DNA of 64,000 bases from Acanthaster planci (taxonomy: Eukaryota): NCBI RefSeq assembly GCF_001949145.1, contig NW_019091356.1:3702934-3766933 (forward strand). Reading direction: 5' to 3'. Both the position numbers and the translations under genes were made by a program. Position 1 is the stretch's first letter. Every line of letters begins with the position of its first letter. This document shows, one piece after another, positions 13,701 to 27,500 of this stretch. The notes below the pieces were generated by a model, which made no database searches, was not told the DNA's origin, and saw nothing but the letters and a program-made list of their open reading frames with translations.

Positions 13701-16700
13701 AATAAATTGATTTGGAAGTGTGCAGAAAACTTCAGAAGAACTGTTGCTCACAGTGTTACCCTAAACTTTTTCAGTTTCTGTCAGAAAAAGGGAACGGAGA
13801 GTAAAAGATTTGCCTTGAATAAGAAGCAAACCTGGACAGAGGTATATCTGAGGTTCAGCCAGTCAAATCCAAAGCTTTCATGCGGCAGTTGGCCCAGTTC
13901 CATCTCATCACACCCCATTCATAAAAGTCTTCTTTCCTCCCCCCCCCTGGTAATCTACACTTCCTTCCATCAGTGTATTAATAGTCCATCAGAATTTGGA
14001 AATGGACCAGGCTTGGAAATATCACTTACAGCATCCAGCTCTCGGGCATCCAGACAACTTTGTTAACTGATAAGGCTTCTGTTTACAAGCACTTCAACAT
14101 TTTTTATTGTCAATGGGTCAACAAACACTGCTTTTGTCTGGCTAAAACACCTGTCCACAGTATACCTACTTTCAGCCCCCATAGAACCAACAGGTCCGAC
14201 AAAGGATAAAAAGTGATCTCTTCTTGATCATTAGAGACTCTTGTGGCAGGGGGTCTCATCTCAGGAGGATTTAATCCTTTGGAATACAACAGAGCCTTGT
14301 CATATCTGGAGCAGGGAATTGGACAGTTATTGGCCAGTTAATTACTTCTGATTACCAATGTGTGTTTGCCTGGTGCCCATAGGATCATGCCAGTGTGAAG
14401 GACGTTTGTGTGAATTACCACAATCATTCTCTGGAGCATTTTTCTCCCTGGGGTCCAGTGGGATTCTGGTTTGGAAGAATTCTTCAGGGAAGTACCAGTG
14501 ATTAGCGATACCACAGGAGCTGCTGGTAGATCCGTGGATGTCTTGTTTCCCTGGGCAACCAGAGCGATCTCTTGGTGGGAAGCCCTCTAAGCTTACAATC
14601 TGTAAGAGGATTACACATAGCAGGGATTAAAATGGCCAGTAATCTTCAAATAGATGCTTATCGGCTTTGCAGAGGTGTGTGACTGCTCCTGGAAAGAGCG
14701 TTCCTGAAGGAAGGCAAGAAGAGGGCTAACATATTTGGTTGGTATCGACATCTGGTTTCCACTCAAATGTGGGAAGGAGCTCAGTTTTATGTTGAACGAA
14801 TTAGAGGTCCTAAGAAAAGTTAGGGATGCCGTGTTCTCAAAACTAGTAACTCGTTGAAGGCAACATGGAAATAAGTTTGCACTGAAATGCTGCCTCTGAT
14901 CCTCAGTCCAAATTACTGGTGGATTGCACCAACTCTGATATTTCAGTCCCAGCTCTGGCCTCATTCCTCTTGACAGCTTAATTCAACTTGGGGCATGGGG
15001 GGTTGTTGCAGCCCGTGGTCCCATTCTGGCCACGAATTGGTGTGGTATTCAGCATTGACTGCGCCTCCACCTACCTCCAATGCTCCACTTTTCTCCCTCC
15101 CCAGTTAAACTTTGACCCCCACATGCCTTTTCCAGACCTGAAAGTTGACAACTGGAAGTGAAGGGGAGGGGGGGGGCAGGGTTTACCCTGTGCATCCTAT
15201 GCCCAGCATCCTCTTCCGTCCTGGTGGCCTCTCTAACAGGTACTCCCATTTTTATATGCCAGCCACGCTCCCATCAACTTTCAACAACCCCCATCTCTGC
15301 AGAGTGTCAATTTGTCAAGCCTACGCCCCCCCACACACAATGCACCTGTTCTCTTCCTGGCAGATTGGTCCTGCCGGCAGCATCATTCCCCCCCCCCTGC
15401 ACTCACTGACCCATTAAACGCAGTGCACTGCATCACCGTCAGAGAGCCGCACAGGAGGTTAACCTAGTACACACTGTCAGACTTGTCACTGTACCAGACA
15501 CTTTGTGATTTGTTCGGGTACACACAACTTGTCAAGGATTTCCCAACAGTTGCCGTTGCGGGAATTCACCACCGACTCTTCCGATTGCTCAACAGTGAAG
15601 GAACTCACTCATGGATTTCACTCGTACATTAGGGTTTGTATTTTCAACACTGTTATCTTGTCCTTGCTGTGGATTCAGAAATTTTCGCCAACGGTGCTTC
15701 TCTGAAATATTGAAGGAAATCTCTCTCAGACATGTTAGATTGAGAACGTTGTCCTGTCTAGGCCTGCACACTTGCTTGACCGAATTTCACAAAGCCAGTC
15801 TGTCAAGACCTTGCTGTGTGTTCTGACATTTTCAACGAATTTTCTGAACTGTTTATGTTTCGGCTTAGTGGGAACTCACCCGAGGATCGTCAAATTGTGC
15901 CATTTGGAAATGATGAAGGACCAGCTTCCCCACAGATGCAATTTGTATGTTTCTTTGCCACTGGATGTTTATTAATGGGTCTCGCAAGAATACAGACGAC
16001 TTGAAGTTATGACAACCAATGGAGTCTTGGGATCTATCCACTAAAATGCCTGCAGTGTGGAGTTGATTTTTTTTGCGGTGAAGGGTTGAGAAAATTGTAA
16101 TCGTCGAATTCCACAGGTTATTTCATCTGTAATTTTTTTTTTGCTGTCGAGGATATCGCCATAGAAAGTGGTCGTAGTCATCAGTCATATTTTTGGTTGG
16201 GAAGTTTGTTTACATTTCGAACCGCATGTATGTTAAATATGTTTCATTGTTTGTGATGAGGGGTAGGCCTGTCTGTGGGGTTGGTTCACATCAAGTTGCA
16301 CGTTGGTTGTCTTGCTGAGAGATGTCTCAATAAGAAAAAAAGTTGAAAACCTGTTTTGTACAGGTTACTACAGCAGTCAAGCGCTGAAATGGTATCTCGC
16401 TCACTAATTTTCATGTCTGGTGTGTGCATGTACTCATTTTTCAGTGCATTTTGTTTCTGTCTGGTGGGCCAGGAATGGCCTGCACAGGGATCAGCCTAAT
16501 TGGATCTCAATTTGTAGCAGAGATTTCTTTTTTTTTGTCTTGCTGTTTGAGGCCAGTCCACAGGAGAGGAGCCCCAAAAGGGATAATCTTATTTTTATTT
16601 GGTGATAGACATTGGGAATAACTGTGGAGGGTATGCTGTATGCGGCTACACTCGATGGGGGTGTGTCCAAGTGATGGAGGGGTAACGGTCTTGCAGTGGC

Positions 16701-16732
16701 TTGGAGAGACAAAGCCTAGACTGGGTTATTAA

Positions 16733-16783
16733 CCCTAACAGTCCTCAGTCCTTCACCTGTTGGAGGACTGAGGACTATTAGGG
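16733..16783. mobile_element. 51-bp hairpin mini-element flanked by TTAA (piggyBac-like)
   Basis: TTAA-CCCTAACAGTCCTCAGTCCTTCA-cctgt-TGGAGGACTGAGGACTATTAGGG-TTAA. Confidence 0.75.
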
Positions 16784-19700
16784 TTAAGTTAACCTGGGCT
16801 GCACTCTGTCAGCGTTACTTCGCCCTTCAGTGCTGGAATGTTGCAAGTGAAAAGGGAGCAAAACAAAAAGAAGGTCTTTGATAGTTTGACTGTTTGTGCC
16901 CACTTTGTGAATTGGTTGTTTACTTAGGCTGCCTTGAGTAAGAACTGTCAATCTAACTTTATAATTGGCATCTCCTCTGTAGGTTGTCTCATGTTTCAGT
17001 GGTCTTGAGAGACCATTGCTGAGAACTGAGATGTCCCTTTAAAGGATGTCTCAGTGGTGCGTGCAGACCCCCTGCCCCCCATGCAGTTAATGGTGCAGTG
17101 AATGACTCAAAATGTTAAATACATGTATTGCCCTTGTTAAAGGGGCCCCTCACTGGAATTTCAAAAATGGCACAAAGGAACTTTGGACTATCTGCAGTTA
17201 AGCAGTTTCTGTGATAATGTACATGCACATGTATGTGGGTTATTCCTTCTTCCACGGTTCTCAGTATTAATAGGCGTTGGTGTCTCAGATATGAAACTGT
17301 GTTCGTGTGTGTGATTCTGCATTGCACTCAAGTGTGATTGAAGAGAATTATATTTTGCTTTGCCTAACAGTTTTTTTTTTAATTCAAAGCTAAAATCCAC
17401 AGTGCCTTAAACAGTAAGGTTCATTTGTTTCTGTGAATTCTGTGCCATCTGTGACCAATGCTTCTCGAACAAAAAGAACAAATTAACATTTTTGGACAAC
17501 TGCCTGGCTTTCATAAAATGAGTCACTCATCGATGACAATGGTATGTACATGTATATATTATAGTTTTCTAGACTTCCCAGGAACTGGAGTTATTCAAGG
17601 TCACTGTGAAGGAGCACGAGAAGGCAGGTTTACTTTTAAAGGTCCGCGTCCCGGCTGTGGCATGTCCGTGCATGGTTACTTACAGTGAAGTGTTTTGATC
17701 ATCACGCCGTGCCCTTTAAGGTTAACCATCTAAGCTACAAGTACACTGTGGGGTGGTTCCTTGTGGAGTGTGCCGACAATAGAGAAACCTGTTCAAAGGA
17801 GCATGGGGGACACTGAATGGGTTTCCTTGTGTAGAGTGAATTAGCTCGGGTATGGGGTATAGCCTATAGGGGCATGAAGCGGTACTTGGACTATTGAGTC
17901 CTTGACCATAATTATAGGATCCCTTGTTGGAGATTGGCCCGCTGCAGTGTTAAAGCTTTCGGTGGACTGACAGTCTGAGATGTGAGCACCTGGGTACTCT
18001 TGTGATTGAACGGGCACGGATTTCTTGAGAACTGAACACTTCATGTTGCTTGTACTTGATACGCTTAAATCTCACAAGCGCAGGGACCTGGCTTTTGAGG
18101 GCAGAGAGTTTCAGCTGTATGTCAGTTAGTAAACAACACTCACTGGCTGGGCACCCTTGTGGAAGTCATGTTTGCTGAGAATGTTTTGGAGTACAGGAGT
18201 CGTTGCCCATTTGCTGGTCTCTGCATTCCTCCGAGCCCTGTGTAAAGATTTTCTTGAGGACTTCAACGGCACTCGAGGATCTGCAGACAAAAGATTGGAA
18301 AGTTTATACTTTACCGTCTCTCGGAGTGGAGTGCTTTAGTACTGTTCAACACATGCACAGCTGGGCGATCGGGAAGCCTGGATGTGAAAAAAATCCAGTC
18401 TGCAAACTGAAAAGGAAGGGAGATATTTCTCAAGCAGCTGTGAAAATTTGTGAAGTTGACTCATGGGCCTTCGTAGATTTGTCTTTGGAAAGGGAATATA
18501 TTGCCACCTGGACATTCTCCAAGCAACTGTAACAATTTTGCAGGAGTTTTGAGTCATTCTTGACTGGCCATGTTGGATGCGCAAGCTCTGTCTATGCATG
18601 AGAGCTGACGAGAAGATAGTGAAAAATTCATGCACGAACACATTTTGGATTCTTCCGGATATTAATCTTAAATTCAGCCACCGATATCCAAATATGAAGT
18701 ATTCTTAAACTGGCAGCAAGACACACTCTCCCAAATCAAATGCTGCAACTTGTTTAAAACGTTGCCAAAAAAAGGTCACAACCTGTGGAATGTCATTGAC
18801 ACGTGGAACTATTTTGTGCCCATCTCAGAGAGGATTATGCCTGGATTTACCATATGTTTGGTTTGGAGACTTTGTCTTGCATTTGCCTGTGAAGTCAATT
18901 CTCGTGTGACAAATTTAAAGGAACGTTGTTTACTTTCCCTGCTGGCTGACCCATTCACAGTTCTATTTGCTTAACCGAGTTTCAAGTTATTTTCCCTGTG
19001 CCCCTTTAGTCCCAAAACAAGCGATACAACACAGGACGGGTTTGGAGTCATTACAGTTGAACAGCAGACGAGAATGAGGGAAGCCTACAGACTGCAAAAT
19101 CGGAGGATTTCTCGAGCGTTCAAGCAGAGAACTCCCTCCCATTCAGGCGTTTCCAAAAATAAACCGTGTTAGCCCTTTGGCACTTTTTAATTGAGCCCTG
19201 GCCCCGCGGGCGGATTCGGCGGAATAGCTGGTGTGCATGTCAGCGACGCCCGCTTGGAAACAAAGCCGTTGGAGAACAAAGGAATGCCCTTGTAGTCGGG
19301 GAGAAAAACTGAAGCCTCTGGCAGAAATGAAACTGTACTGTTGCTATAAATAAACCAGGGCAGCGTGTGCTGAGCCGAGTCTTGTGTGCTGAGTGCGACG
19401 TGTTGAAATCTCAACGCACTGGAAAGGATAGACCACGAACGAGCACACTGGAGCTGACTCTACTGAAAGATCGGCAGAGCCAGGCTGGAATGCTGTCTGG
19501 AGGAGGTGTGGTTAATGGGAGGAAATCATCGCTTTTCTTAAAATGCCCATCTTTGGGAATCTGACACCCAAGGGGAGGCTATAGAACCCCAGAGGTCAGT
19601 CATTGAACTCTTAGGTTTTTTTGATTGCTGGTGGATTAGTTACTCCCCTCAACAGATGACCCTTGTTGGAATGGAATTGGATTTCTGCGGTTGAAACTGA

Positions 19701-21338
19701 TGTCAGAAGTTTCATTTGAGGGGATTTTTTGTAAGTGTCTCACAACTTGACCATTTGAAAAGGGCTTGTGGGGATATCTTCCCCGTAGTGGATTACTGTT
19801 TTGGGACTAATTTTGAAGAAAAATGCAGGTACATGTGTCTGTATGCTGTGGCAGAGGTTATGGATTTCTTTGTGGTCATAACTGCTGTGAACAGTGCTCA
19901 TCTTGTATGTCTGTAAATACCGTAATGCATTTAGACCTGATTTACAGAAGGGAAATTTCTCTGGACAGATGGAAGGCTGGCACCAAAATTGGATGAAAAT
20001 CAGGAATTTATGAGGCGTTGCAAGGCTAGGGCTTTTTATAAATAGGGTCCCAGTCACTGGGGAATTTGTTAAATGGACAGTAGTGTTCGTGAGTTGTAGG
20101 TGAAAAGTGCATCCCCTTTTTTCTTTTAAACTCAAGTGTGCATTTTAAACGTTTGTAATTCAACCAAATTTCACCCTCCAGTGGATGGGGTTTATCAGAC
20201 TGAATGTTTGAGACCCAGATTGGATGAAGTAAGAGGCTTTTTTCTCTCTTTCATTGATCGTCATAGCCCTCCAGACTGACTTCTTTTACTAATAGCATTA
20301 CCAGCTGTCTTTTTCATCTCTGGTCTGAATCTCTCATCTGTAGACAGTATAAAATTTGTGCTAATTTTATCCCCCACTTGTATAAATGAAGCCAAATTTG
20401 TGAATGAGTCAGATCATATGGTCAGACGCACCCTGCGTGTGGCTGTTGAAATTGCAATTACCATTAAAACTCTTGGTCCATGTTTTGACATTACAACATG
20501 TGAGCACTAAAATTAGACAAAAAATCCTCTTTTATTTTTGCATAACTAATTTTGCCCCCTTTTCTATAAAAGGGATCTGTCAGCATCTGTAAAGCTTTAA
20601 ACTTGTAGCAAGTTCCTGAACTGTACGTGCATGCTCATTCTCCAGGAAATAATATTGCCCGTGTTACATGTCCATTTCGGTGGGGAAGCTTCGCCCAGCT
20701 GTGTGTACGTGTGGGCAAAATGCTGTTTGCAGCCGACCGACCTACACCGTGTGAAACCAAGAGGAAGCCGGCAATCAAGTTGGAAGGAATCATTTTATCC
20801 CTCGACCTAGAGTTCAGCGGTTGTTGCTGAGTTGTCTTTTTAGCCGGTTGGCTATTTTTGCAAAATTTATGCTCAGGTTCGATGAAAAATCCGTCATGGG
20901 CTCATGCCTGAGGGGAGCTGCGTAGCTTCAGATGTAAAAGTTAGTGTCGCTCTCTGCCACATGTAGTGAAAGGTGGACTTGACCTGATGTTTTGACGGAG
21001 TTTTGGACGCACACATGGCTGCAACAATGTGCAGGTCATGACAGTACGTGTGTGTGTACTTCGGGGCTTGATTGTGACTCATCATTTGAGGAAGGGAAAC
21101 AGTTTTCTTCCATCCCCTTCTCCAGCGACAGGAAGCCACAAAATGTGAATGAGCCCTAGCAATATGGGGGTTTTGGAAACCTCGCAGCAGCTAAACCTGA
21201 TTGTGCAGCTGGATGAATCTGTAAGTTAACCTCTGCAGAGTCCTGCCGAAACCTGGAATATCTATAATAAACCTGTACTTTCTGGAACACCGATACCTTT
21301 TTTTTTGGTCGGGGTCGTTTACTGCAACCCTCTGAACA

Positions 21339-21563
21339 ATGGGGCAGTCTCTGTCGGATCTGCAGGGTTCTAACGGTGTGGCGGGCCGGCAGCCAGCCAG
21401 GCGGACCCAGTCCCTGCGCGGCTCGGTCCAATACCGCAACCGGCGGTCCAGCCGGTCCCGCCAAGCCGAGCAGGAGAAACACCACAGCGTGCATATCATC
21501 GAGAGCATCCCCACCGAGATGTTTCTAAGCAGACAGAGGCAGTACAGGGCGTGGCAGCAATAT
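21339..21563 (+). CDS. FMNL: FMNL putative first coding exon (MGQSLS..., N-myristoylation consensus)
   Basis: In-frame TGA at 21333, strong Kozak context ACAATGG, GC-rich 75 codons, donor TAT|GTAAGT in phase 0 matching the phase-0 acceptor at 31954. Confidence 0.65.
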
Positions 21564-24500
21564 GTAAGTTTTTCTGATCCATTCACCGTAACTTTTATCG
21601 TTGTCAGATCATTATTAAATAGGATTTTAGCATCAGTAACAACACCGGTGTGATGCCGAAACTGAATTTTTTCCAGTATAAGCAGAGATTTTGTAGCAAC
21701 TAATAAGTTACCCATAGGTGTACAGGTGTATGTTAAATTTGAGCACCGTTAAATATGTTAGTGTACATGTACAGTGTACATGTGCTTATTGGCTCAATGC
21801 ATGCACTGCAGAGAGTGCTGTTTAGCCAGGTGACAAGAAGAATGTATTAGGTTAAGCCGAGTTCCAAATCATTTGGTAGTGGCTAGCAGCAATATGTTTG
21901 TCTGTGGAAGCCCACTGGCTTGCAGGTAAAGCCAGTTCCCGTAGGTTCGTGTGTTATCGTCAGCCACAGCCAAGTAAATGACAAATGGTGGAAAAGTATG
22001 AAAGCCATGTCTGAAACTGAAAGTTGTGGCTGTGGCCATAAACATAGGTTGCACTATGTCCATCAGTGGCTAGTGGCTGCAGCCACTGTCTGTATATGTG
22101 TGTGTGTTACTCTTAGCTACAGTCGGTTGATTTGAACAGGACTTGACAGTAACGGCTAGCTTCGTCACCAAGGAAGGGGACACTTGTCTGCAGACGACAC
22201 CTAAGGGTCATGTACAAACAAATACATATTCTGTGAACAGACATGGATGACGTACAAGTAATTTCTGATGTTTATGAATAAATACTTGAAGAGGTACAGG
22301 TGTAGGGAAAAGAAAATCTTCTTTCCCCAATTGCATTAAACTAGAGGTGACGACCATATTCCAAAATTAACACTAAAAATGGAACAGTTTCCTATTTATG
22401 ATCGAAAAAATATTTTTAAAAATGTGCTCTCACAAGTCCCTTTTTCGTCGATTTTAGAAACTTCCATTATGTATTTATGATGTGCCGGTGACCCCAAAAT
22501 GGTCACAGGGAGATACGTCTGTAAACACGGTGCATCTTCAGACACAAGTCTCGTACCATAGTAGAGGCATGTTCAAAATGCAACCTTCTTGCGCGGTTCT
22601 TGTCCACTACATTGATTGTTCCATACACCAAGTTTAAGTGCATGATTTGTTGTATTTTTGTCACAAAATAAAACATAACCCTGGTCTTGTGCCGTTCGGA
22701 CAGGAGTCTCGCAAGTTGAGACTTGGTCTCAGGGTTTCCTTGTGATTACAGGTAGAGTCGATCGTTCCCGGACAACGCATTAAAGGTTTTTTACCTTTCC
22801 AGTTGTCGCAGATAAGTAATGTGCCATGAATTTTTGGAGTACTGCTTTGACAAAAATGTAGTTTCTGCAAAAACACTCCGAATTTAGAAAAGTGACACAT
22901 AAGCCTCGCCGACTGCTTGTGTTATGTTGCAGCTGCCGGTGTACGATGCTGTGCTGCTGGACCATGGACAGGTTTGTTTTGGGGACCACCACCGCAGCCC
23001 CGCAGCACTGACAGGTTCCGTGCCACCCTCATTCATTGACGAGTAGATTATACATGCATAGGAATTGAATCCACTCACTTTCACAAGAAGAATCCCATAT
23101 GTTTTCATCTCTTTTTCTTTGACTCATTGAAAATTGTAGACTCTGCAAACAAGCACGCGCATGGGTTGGGGTCTTCTCTACTAGACGCTTCACATGTACA
23201 CATAACTATACAAGGTAGACCTCGATTCAGCCTAAGATTCAGGTCTGACCGCGTTGCTCTTCATGGCATCTGAGATTCATGCACCTTAGAGATTAATGTA
23301 CATGTATAATGTTGTACATTTTCCGCACATCATGAAAACTCCTCGTTTCAATGCATCTGGGCCGCAACGATACCAGCTGACAAATACGGTAGCTTCATGC
23401 GTACGTCATGCATGCCTGTTGTGCCACAAAATTTGACATTGCGTGTTTCCAAAATCGCGGCCCAGTTGGTTGTGGACAGAAGTTGCCTCTTATTTCTCTC
23501 GTGTTGATTTTCAGAAAGTAAATTCAATTTAGTGTATACCAGTTTCTGGGTGGCCAATCTACCTCCAAAACTCTAGCCGTCATAATATTCGAAGACTTTT
23601 CCCTACCTCCTAAATATTACCCCCAAATATTACACATCCCCCTTGTAAAGGTTGAACTGCCATGAGACTGTTCGAGTCATACAGGATATGTTTACAATTT
23701 CACCCAAAATTGTACTTGGCACGCCTGCCAAGATGAGATTAAGAAATTGAAATGGCAAACACCAAATTGATTGGAAATTTGAACGTCGTGAAGGTAAGTG
23801 CAAAGAATGAAGCAGCTTACACTGTAGTGAGTGAAATTGTGCATGTAAGTGTGTTAGCACTGGCATATAATGTGCATCTTTTATGAAGTGAGACAATTCA
23901 TCAAGCGAAAAAGCAATTAATCAATTTTTTGAGAGAGACATGTGGTTCATTCATATTTGAAAGTGCAGCAGATGTGTTGACTTTGATCATTACATGTACA
24001 GTGTCATTGTGAAATTTCATGTCATGCTGTGCCAAGCCAAACTTGTTTCACTTCAAAATCATCATTTTAAGATGTAAACAACAATGACTTTACAGACAAA
24101 AGCACCTCGAAAGTAGAACAAAGACTACCTTTAATTCAGTTGAACGATCCTTACGCCAGACAGACACTATGAAGGGCAAGACATTTATGAAAACACAGCC
24201 TTTGGCGCAAGTCCAAAAACCTGAACTCCTGCATGTTTCACAATGCACAGGTTTTCCACTGAAAAAAAGGAGAGCTTTAAAAACAGGAAAGAGTTCATAC
24301 AAAAACAAGTCAGAGCTAATTTCCGCCCGTAATTTGTCACTTGCGTTTTCACCAGTTCATGCACATGTACAATGCATACCCTTGTGACCAGACTTGATCA
24401 TGTACTGGCATACATGTTATGCGGTACCCTCAGGAAGCACACGTGTAGGACATGTGAACATGAGTGTTTGACGGATTCGTTCCTGTGCAGTGCATGCATG

Positions 24501-27500
24501 AGAGTGTTCTCAACTTCTCTGTGTGTTGTGGAGTGGCTGTTTTGAAATCAATGAGCCCAGGGTTCCAATATTTTCAAGCCAAACCAAATTCACAATCTCT
24601 GTATCAACTCAGTTAGAAAATCTGCCAATGAAAACAAGGTTTGGTTGAAAAAATAAATTCGAAGAGTTTATGTCCACCCTAAAAATCTTTGGTTGCTTAA
24701 AGGCCTATACATCACGTGCTATATTCTGTCATTCCTTACTGGCAATTATTGCATTTTTAAGGTAATTTTAAAGAGACAAACATTTCATTCAGAAATTCAT
24801 GGGCATGTTCAACTCTGTCAGCATGAAACATACATTTTTTTCATGGCTACTGTGAGTAATCCTAACCTTATGATAAAAATAAATGTCTTATTGCTAACTG
24901 TCACGACCTTCAACCTGCACTTTTCTGCCCAGCCTTGGCAAACCCACAACTGCCAGTCTCTTGATTGGAAACAAATTCAAATTAACTTGTAGGTATATAA
25001 CTAGAGTGCTCAAAAAAGCCAGAAAGTCTGGTCCCTTATGGGACGGTTGGAATAATGGGGAAAAGGTAACGGCACCATGCTGTATACAGTTGAGTCACGG
25101 GCCATCAACTCCTGAATATAATGCTGAAGGTCCTTACATGCACATTACGAATCGCGGCTTTTCACGCTTACGCATGCTTCCAATTTGATTGCACTTCAAT
25201 TTGGACATTCATCACTGAGGGTAGCGTTAGATTGGACATTCAGAGCAGCAGTGTGGTGTGAAGTGGTGATTTTCACATAAATAATGCTTCAAAAAGGAGA
25301 ATAATTTTTAAAAAGTACAAGTGCACCATTCTGAAAAACAATAAAATTGGTATATCCTTCATATTTTTTTCATCTTGCAGGTATCTGTTTCTGAGCTGCC
25401 TGCACAGAGCTGAGAAAGTTTACTTTTTTTAACCAAATATGTTACAAATTTTGTGGGTCAAACCCAGATTTCTGATACTATGAGTCACATGAGTAGTTGC
25501 GTTGTTAAGACCAATAACTGGATTCTAGGTTTGAAGACCCCAAGTAGCAGTGTGTGGGGGGGGGAGACATTCCACGCTGAACACAGCCCTGTGCTTTTGT
25601 TAGCTTTTAAGTGTAGTTGGTTTTTCTGGCCTGTCAAATTGGCCCAGCGGTGCCCCCTGTTTGGGAACTCCACCATTCAGACTGGCTCCAGGGTGCCACA
25701 GTAGTCCATCCCTGCTCATTGAACACCACAGATTCATTGACAACTGTTAATCGCCAATTGCCATCAACTCCTGTAGACACCAGTAGTTAGAATTTCTGTG
25801 ATGACACGGAACCAGGATTTTGGCTTTCTTTGGCCGGGTCCTAAAGCGTTGAACCAGGAGGAGGCCATCACGCCCGTCGCCATGGACAAACAAAGTTGTT
25901 AAGCTTTTGTTGGGTCGGTGCAAGGAGTTTTTCAGTTACCGGCAGAATTGCAGATCATTTGGAGCAATTAAGGATGATAAGCAAGGATCAGAGAAATCGC
26001 TACAGTACTGGGAAATGATGTAGGTTTACTCGTGTTTTTTGGAAAGCAGTGCTCCATGTCTTACACCGCCATGTGGGTCACTATGAAAATGTGTAGAGTA
26101 CACGTACATTGGCCCTTCACAGGTGCATACATGGACATGTGCTCATTATTGGAAAGTGCCCGGATGTCATTTACTGTACATGTACAGGGTGTAAACTGTA
26201 TGAGTGCACGTGTGCAGTGCAGGAAAGCAAACGCTTGAATTGAACATGTGGTCTACCTTATGACCGATTTTTTTTGGGGGGGGCATGCCGTGACCTGGCA
26301 ATCCTGGAAATGTCATCAGGTTTCTCTGTAGACGCAAAGGCGTTTTCCAGAACGTGGGAAATTCACGAACAGGAGATTTGCAGGCACACTGAGCAGAAAA
26401 CTGACATCGTACAATGCATTTGTATATCAACAGATTGTTTGGGTCTCTAACAAATTACCATTAAACATGTTCATGTAGGTACAGCGTGCTCAGCGTACCA
26501 ACGGATTCTTGCTTTGTATTGCAGATGCATTGTCTTAATCCCACTTGCTGAATGCAACATTTGTGATCTAATCCATGAAAACCCTTCACACGGTGAGCTT
26601 TATCATTTTGGTGCATATCAACTTCCAATTGATCTGGACGCTGCCCTGTTTTCAAAAACTGTTTCATTTGTGATTCGAGACAACCTAGATTCATGTTGTG
26701 GACAATATAGAATCATGACAAATGGAATACATCTGAAAACAAGAGGGTGTCCATATTAATTGGAAGTTCATATGCACCCAAATGACAAAGCTCACCATGT
26801 GAAGGGTTTTGGCAGGTCGCATTGCATTTCTGTTGCATCTTCTCAATCTAAGCAGCTTCTTAATCTACTGAGGTACATACAGCTAAAGTCAAAAAGCACT
26901 AGTTCTTGGTATATACGTGTACACTGAGACACGTTTTGCTTTGTGTGGGCAGTCTTGCTGCTTGGTGAGAGATTTCAGTCAGCCCTACAATACAAAATAA
27001 TTGGACTTAACTTTGCCTCTTATAGAAATGACTCGTGTCTTTCCTCACCACCATATATGGAATTTTTGGGGCATGGAATGCCTTGTTTTGAAGAAGTCAT
27101 TGGAAATGAATTTGGTTGTGCTGTGACATTGGCCGTAAATTCTGAAAAATGTAAACAGCGTGAAAAACTTACATTGTAGGTTCATAATTGCCTCAAAGTC
27201 AAAGCAAGAAAAACAACACTTTTATGATTTCACTGTTTACATGATGAAGGGAGAATTTTCAGCAACAAACATATTTGTTTTTTCCGGAGTGTGTTCGTAA
27301 GTGCTAGACTTGTTAAAAGTAACCCTGACTTGTTGAATTAGAGTTTTGGTCAAATGTTTGCTTAAATATTCAACTGTCAAATTATGTGACTCTATAAAGG
27401 CTGTATTGAAGAAGATAATGTAATGAGTAATACAGATTTGTTTGTATTCAAGAAAAATGCTAAATACCACATTTGCACCTTTTTCAGTCGCATGTTTACA

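Noticed and set aside
21156..21715. 174-aa and 112-aa minus-strand ORFs
   Set aside because: Antisense shadows of the GC-rich FMNL first-exon candidate.
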